Shown piece by piece: positions 46,352 through 47,776 of a stretch of 47,776 nucleotides of DNA. The notes beneath the pieces are model-generated. The model was not told the origin of the DNA. It saw nothing but the letters and a program-made list of their open reading frames with translations, and did no database searches. This DNA is from an uncultured Enterobacteriaceae bacterium. Lineage in GTDB: Bacteria; Desulfobacterota; Binatia; UBA12015. A program made the position numbers and the translations under genes. The DNA lies in NCBI GenBank assembly GCA_964529315.1, contig CAZGUU010000003.1:1-47776 (forward strand), read 5' to 3'. Position 1 is the first letter of the stretch. The number at the start of each line of letters is the position of its first letter.

Positions 46352-47200
46352 TCAGCTTCCAGCGAACTCGAGAACTAGCTCGATCACGCGGTCGGGCTCC
46401 TCCATCGGCACGAAGTGCCCGGTCGTGGGAAGAGTCTCCAGCCGCCCGTCGCGCAGGAGGCCGATGGCCTGCCGGGCCAGGCTGGGCGGTAGGGTGCCGC
46501 TCTCGCCGCCGGCGATGATCAGCGTCGGCACCGGGATCCTCGGCAGGTACTCGAGGCTCGCCGAGCGCAGCGCCCCCTCGTAGACCTGCGCCTCGATCTC
46601 GCCCGGACACTTGAGCTCGACTCGCCCGTCGGCGCGCACGAAGGTCCCGTGCTCGACGTAGGCCTCGAGCACGTCGCGCCGCCAGTCCGCAAAGGGAAAC
46701 CGGCCCGCGAACGAGGCGAGGATCGCTTCACGGCTCTCCCACACCATGCGTCGCCGGCGAGCCCCTTCGGCCAGGGGGTGCGAGGACACGCCGACGGGCT
46801 CGCCGCCCCAGCGCGGCACCAGCACCGGATCGACCAGCACGGCCCTTCCGATGCGGCCTGGGAAGTCGGCCGCCACTCCGGCCACGGCGGCACCCCCCTT
46901 GGAGTGGCCGACGGCGACCACGTCGCGCAGCTCGAGGGCGTCGAGGACGGCCGCGAGATCGGCGACGAACTGCCGCCAGGCGTAGCCCGTCGGCGGCTTG
47001 TCGCTGTCGCCATGTCCACGCTGGTCGAGCGTCACGACGCGGAACCGATCGCGCAGCGCCGCGACGACCGGCGCCCAGACCGCGCCACAGAAGCCCGTGG
47101 CGTGCGCCAGCACGAGCGGCCGCAGATCCCGACGGTCCGGGCCGTGGTCGGCGATCGCGAGCGTGACGCCGTTGACCGCGATGCGCCGGTGCATGGTCAT
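46352..47200 (-). CDS. alpha/beta-fold hydrolase
   Basis: ORF 46352..47242(-) trimmed to ATG 47200. Contains PLVLAHATGF, DQRGHGDS and the nucleophile elbow VAVGHSKGG. A C-terminal His lies in TTGHFVPMEEPD. Confidence 0.8.
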   Translation of the reverse strand: MTMHRRIAVNGVTLAIADHGPDRRDLRPLVLAHATGFCGAVWAPVVAALRDRFRVVTLDQRGHGDSDKPPTGYAWRQFVADLAAVLDALELRDVVAVGHSKGGAAVAGVAADFPGRIGRAVLVDPVLVPRWGGEPVGVSSHPLAEGARRRRMVWESREAILASFAGRFPFADWRRDVLEAYVEHGTFVRADGRVELKCPGEIEAQVYEGALRSASLEYLPRIPVPTLIIAGGESGTLPPSLARQAIGLLRDGRLETLPTTGHFVPMEEPDRVIELVLEFAGS

Positions 47201-47218
47201 CGCCGCACGCCTCGCCGA

Positions 47219-47238
47219 CGGCTCGCAGGCGCGAGCCG
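47219..47238 (-). terminator. stable GC hairpin downstream of serS
   Basis: CGGCTCGC (47219-47226) pairs with GCGAGCCG (47231-47238): an 8-bp stem with a 4-nt loop, 54 nt past the serS stop. There is no U-tract. Confidence 0.35.
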
Positions 47239-47291
47239 ACACGCCGGCACGCCCGCGGGAGCGCCGGCTGCTCCTGCGCCAGGCCGAGAGC

Positions 47292-47776
47292 TCACGGCCG
47301 CGCGAGCCGCTCCTGCCCGGCGAAGTACGGCCGCAGCACCTCGGGAAGCCGCACGCCGCCGTCGCGCTCCTGGTAGGTCTCCAGCACCGCGATCAGGATG
47401 CGCGGCAGCGCCAGCCCCGAGCCATTGATCGTGTGGACCAGCTCGGGGCGCGCGCCCGGGGCGCGGCGGAAGCGGATGTTCGCCCGGCGGGCCTGGAAGT
47501 CCCGGAAGCTCGAGCAGGAGCTCACCTCGAGCCATTCGCGACAGCCCGGCGCCCAGACCTCGACGTCGAATTTGATCGCGGCGGTGAAGCTCAGGTCGCC
47601 GGTGCACATCTGCACCACGCGGTGGGTGAGGCCGAGCCGCCGGCAGATGTCGCAGGCGTCGTCGAGCAGGGCTCCCAGCTCGCCGTCCGACGACTCGGGT
47701 GCGGTGAACTTGACCATCTCCACCTTGTCGAACTGGTGGCCGCGCTTGATGCCGCGCACGTCGCGCCCGGCCGACA
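47292..47776 (-). CDS. serS: seryl-tRNA synthetase, C-terminal part; 5' end lies beyond the window edge
   Basis: ORF 47292..47759(-) continues open to the window end. Contains [37 protein letters not shown] and class II motif 3 [16 protein letters not shown]. Confidence 0.9.
   Translation of the reverse strand, partial: SAGRDVRGIKRGHQFDKVEMVKFTAPESSDGELGALLDDACDICRRLGLTHRVVQMCTGDLSFTAAIKFDVEVWAPGCREWLEVSSCSSFRDFQARRANIRFRRAPGARPELVHTINGSGLALPRILIAVLETYQERDGGVRLPEVLRPYFAGQERLARP

Overview
This 47.8 kb window has very high G+C (about 70% by eye, not computed). It is densely packed, with about 45 genes and many 4-14 nt start/stop overlaps. The content looks like Gram-negative core chromosome, probably Myxococcota-like. 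That guess rests on a CarD/CdnL regulator, an orphan GroEL, a sigma-54-type motif, MltD and a GT9 glycosyltransferase, and is inference only.

Recognisable content, in order:
- Heme and siroheme: sirC-like, hemX/ccsA-like, hemA, hemC.
- Envelope: MltD-like transglycosylase, class A PBP, HtrA/DegP, HtpX, MurJ, TatA.
- A peptide/nickel-type ABC importer with no ATPase genes.
- Housekeeping: mutM, rsmA, tsaD, rimI, coaE, gpmA, serS, cysK.
- A DUF4912 + GH57 glucan-branching pair.
- A SpoIIIAA/Ycf45-like R3H ATPase.
- A penicillin-acylase-family protein, a CaCA-type exchanger, a UspA protein, an RpoD-like sigma factor and an acyl-CoA ligase.

I found no rRNA, tRNA, CRISPR array, transposase, integrase or recognisable defence genes.

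The most unusual locus is a translationally coupled minus-strand unit at 25054-21131. It encodes an Alvin-type 2[4Fe-4S] ferredoxin fused to a ~390 aa membrane and beta-rich extension. Next comes a KAS III paralogue whose Cys-His-Asn triad is replaced by Ser-(Asp/Tyr)-His. A canonical FabH and RimI follow.

Secondary signals:
- An apparently leaderless tatA promoter preceded by a perfect tandem 12-mer.
- A near-consensus sigma-54 promoter in an otherwise unassigned 392 nt gap.
- A (CAGGCT)5.5 microsatellite.
- A strong cdnL promoter with an embedded 10 bp palindrome.
- A GC hairpin overlapping the htpX Shine-Dalgarno.
- A cysK-larE-like pair.

All product calls rest on motif recognition in the supplied translations, and no database search was possible. 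The many long Arg/Ala/Pro/Gly-rich ORFs overlapping real genes are high-GC shadow frames.
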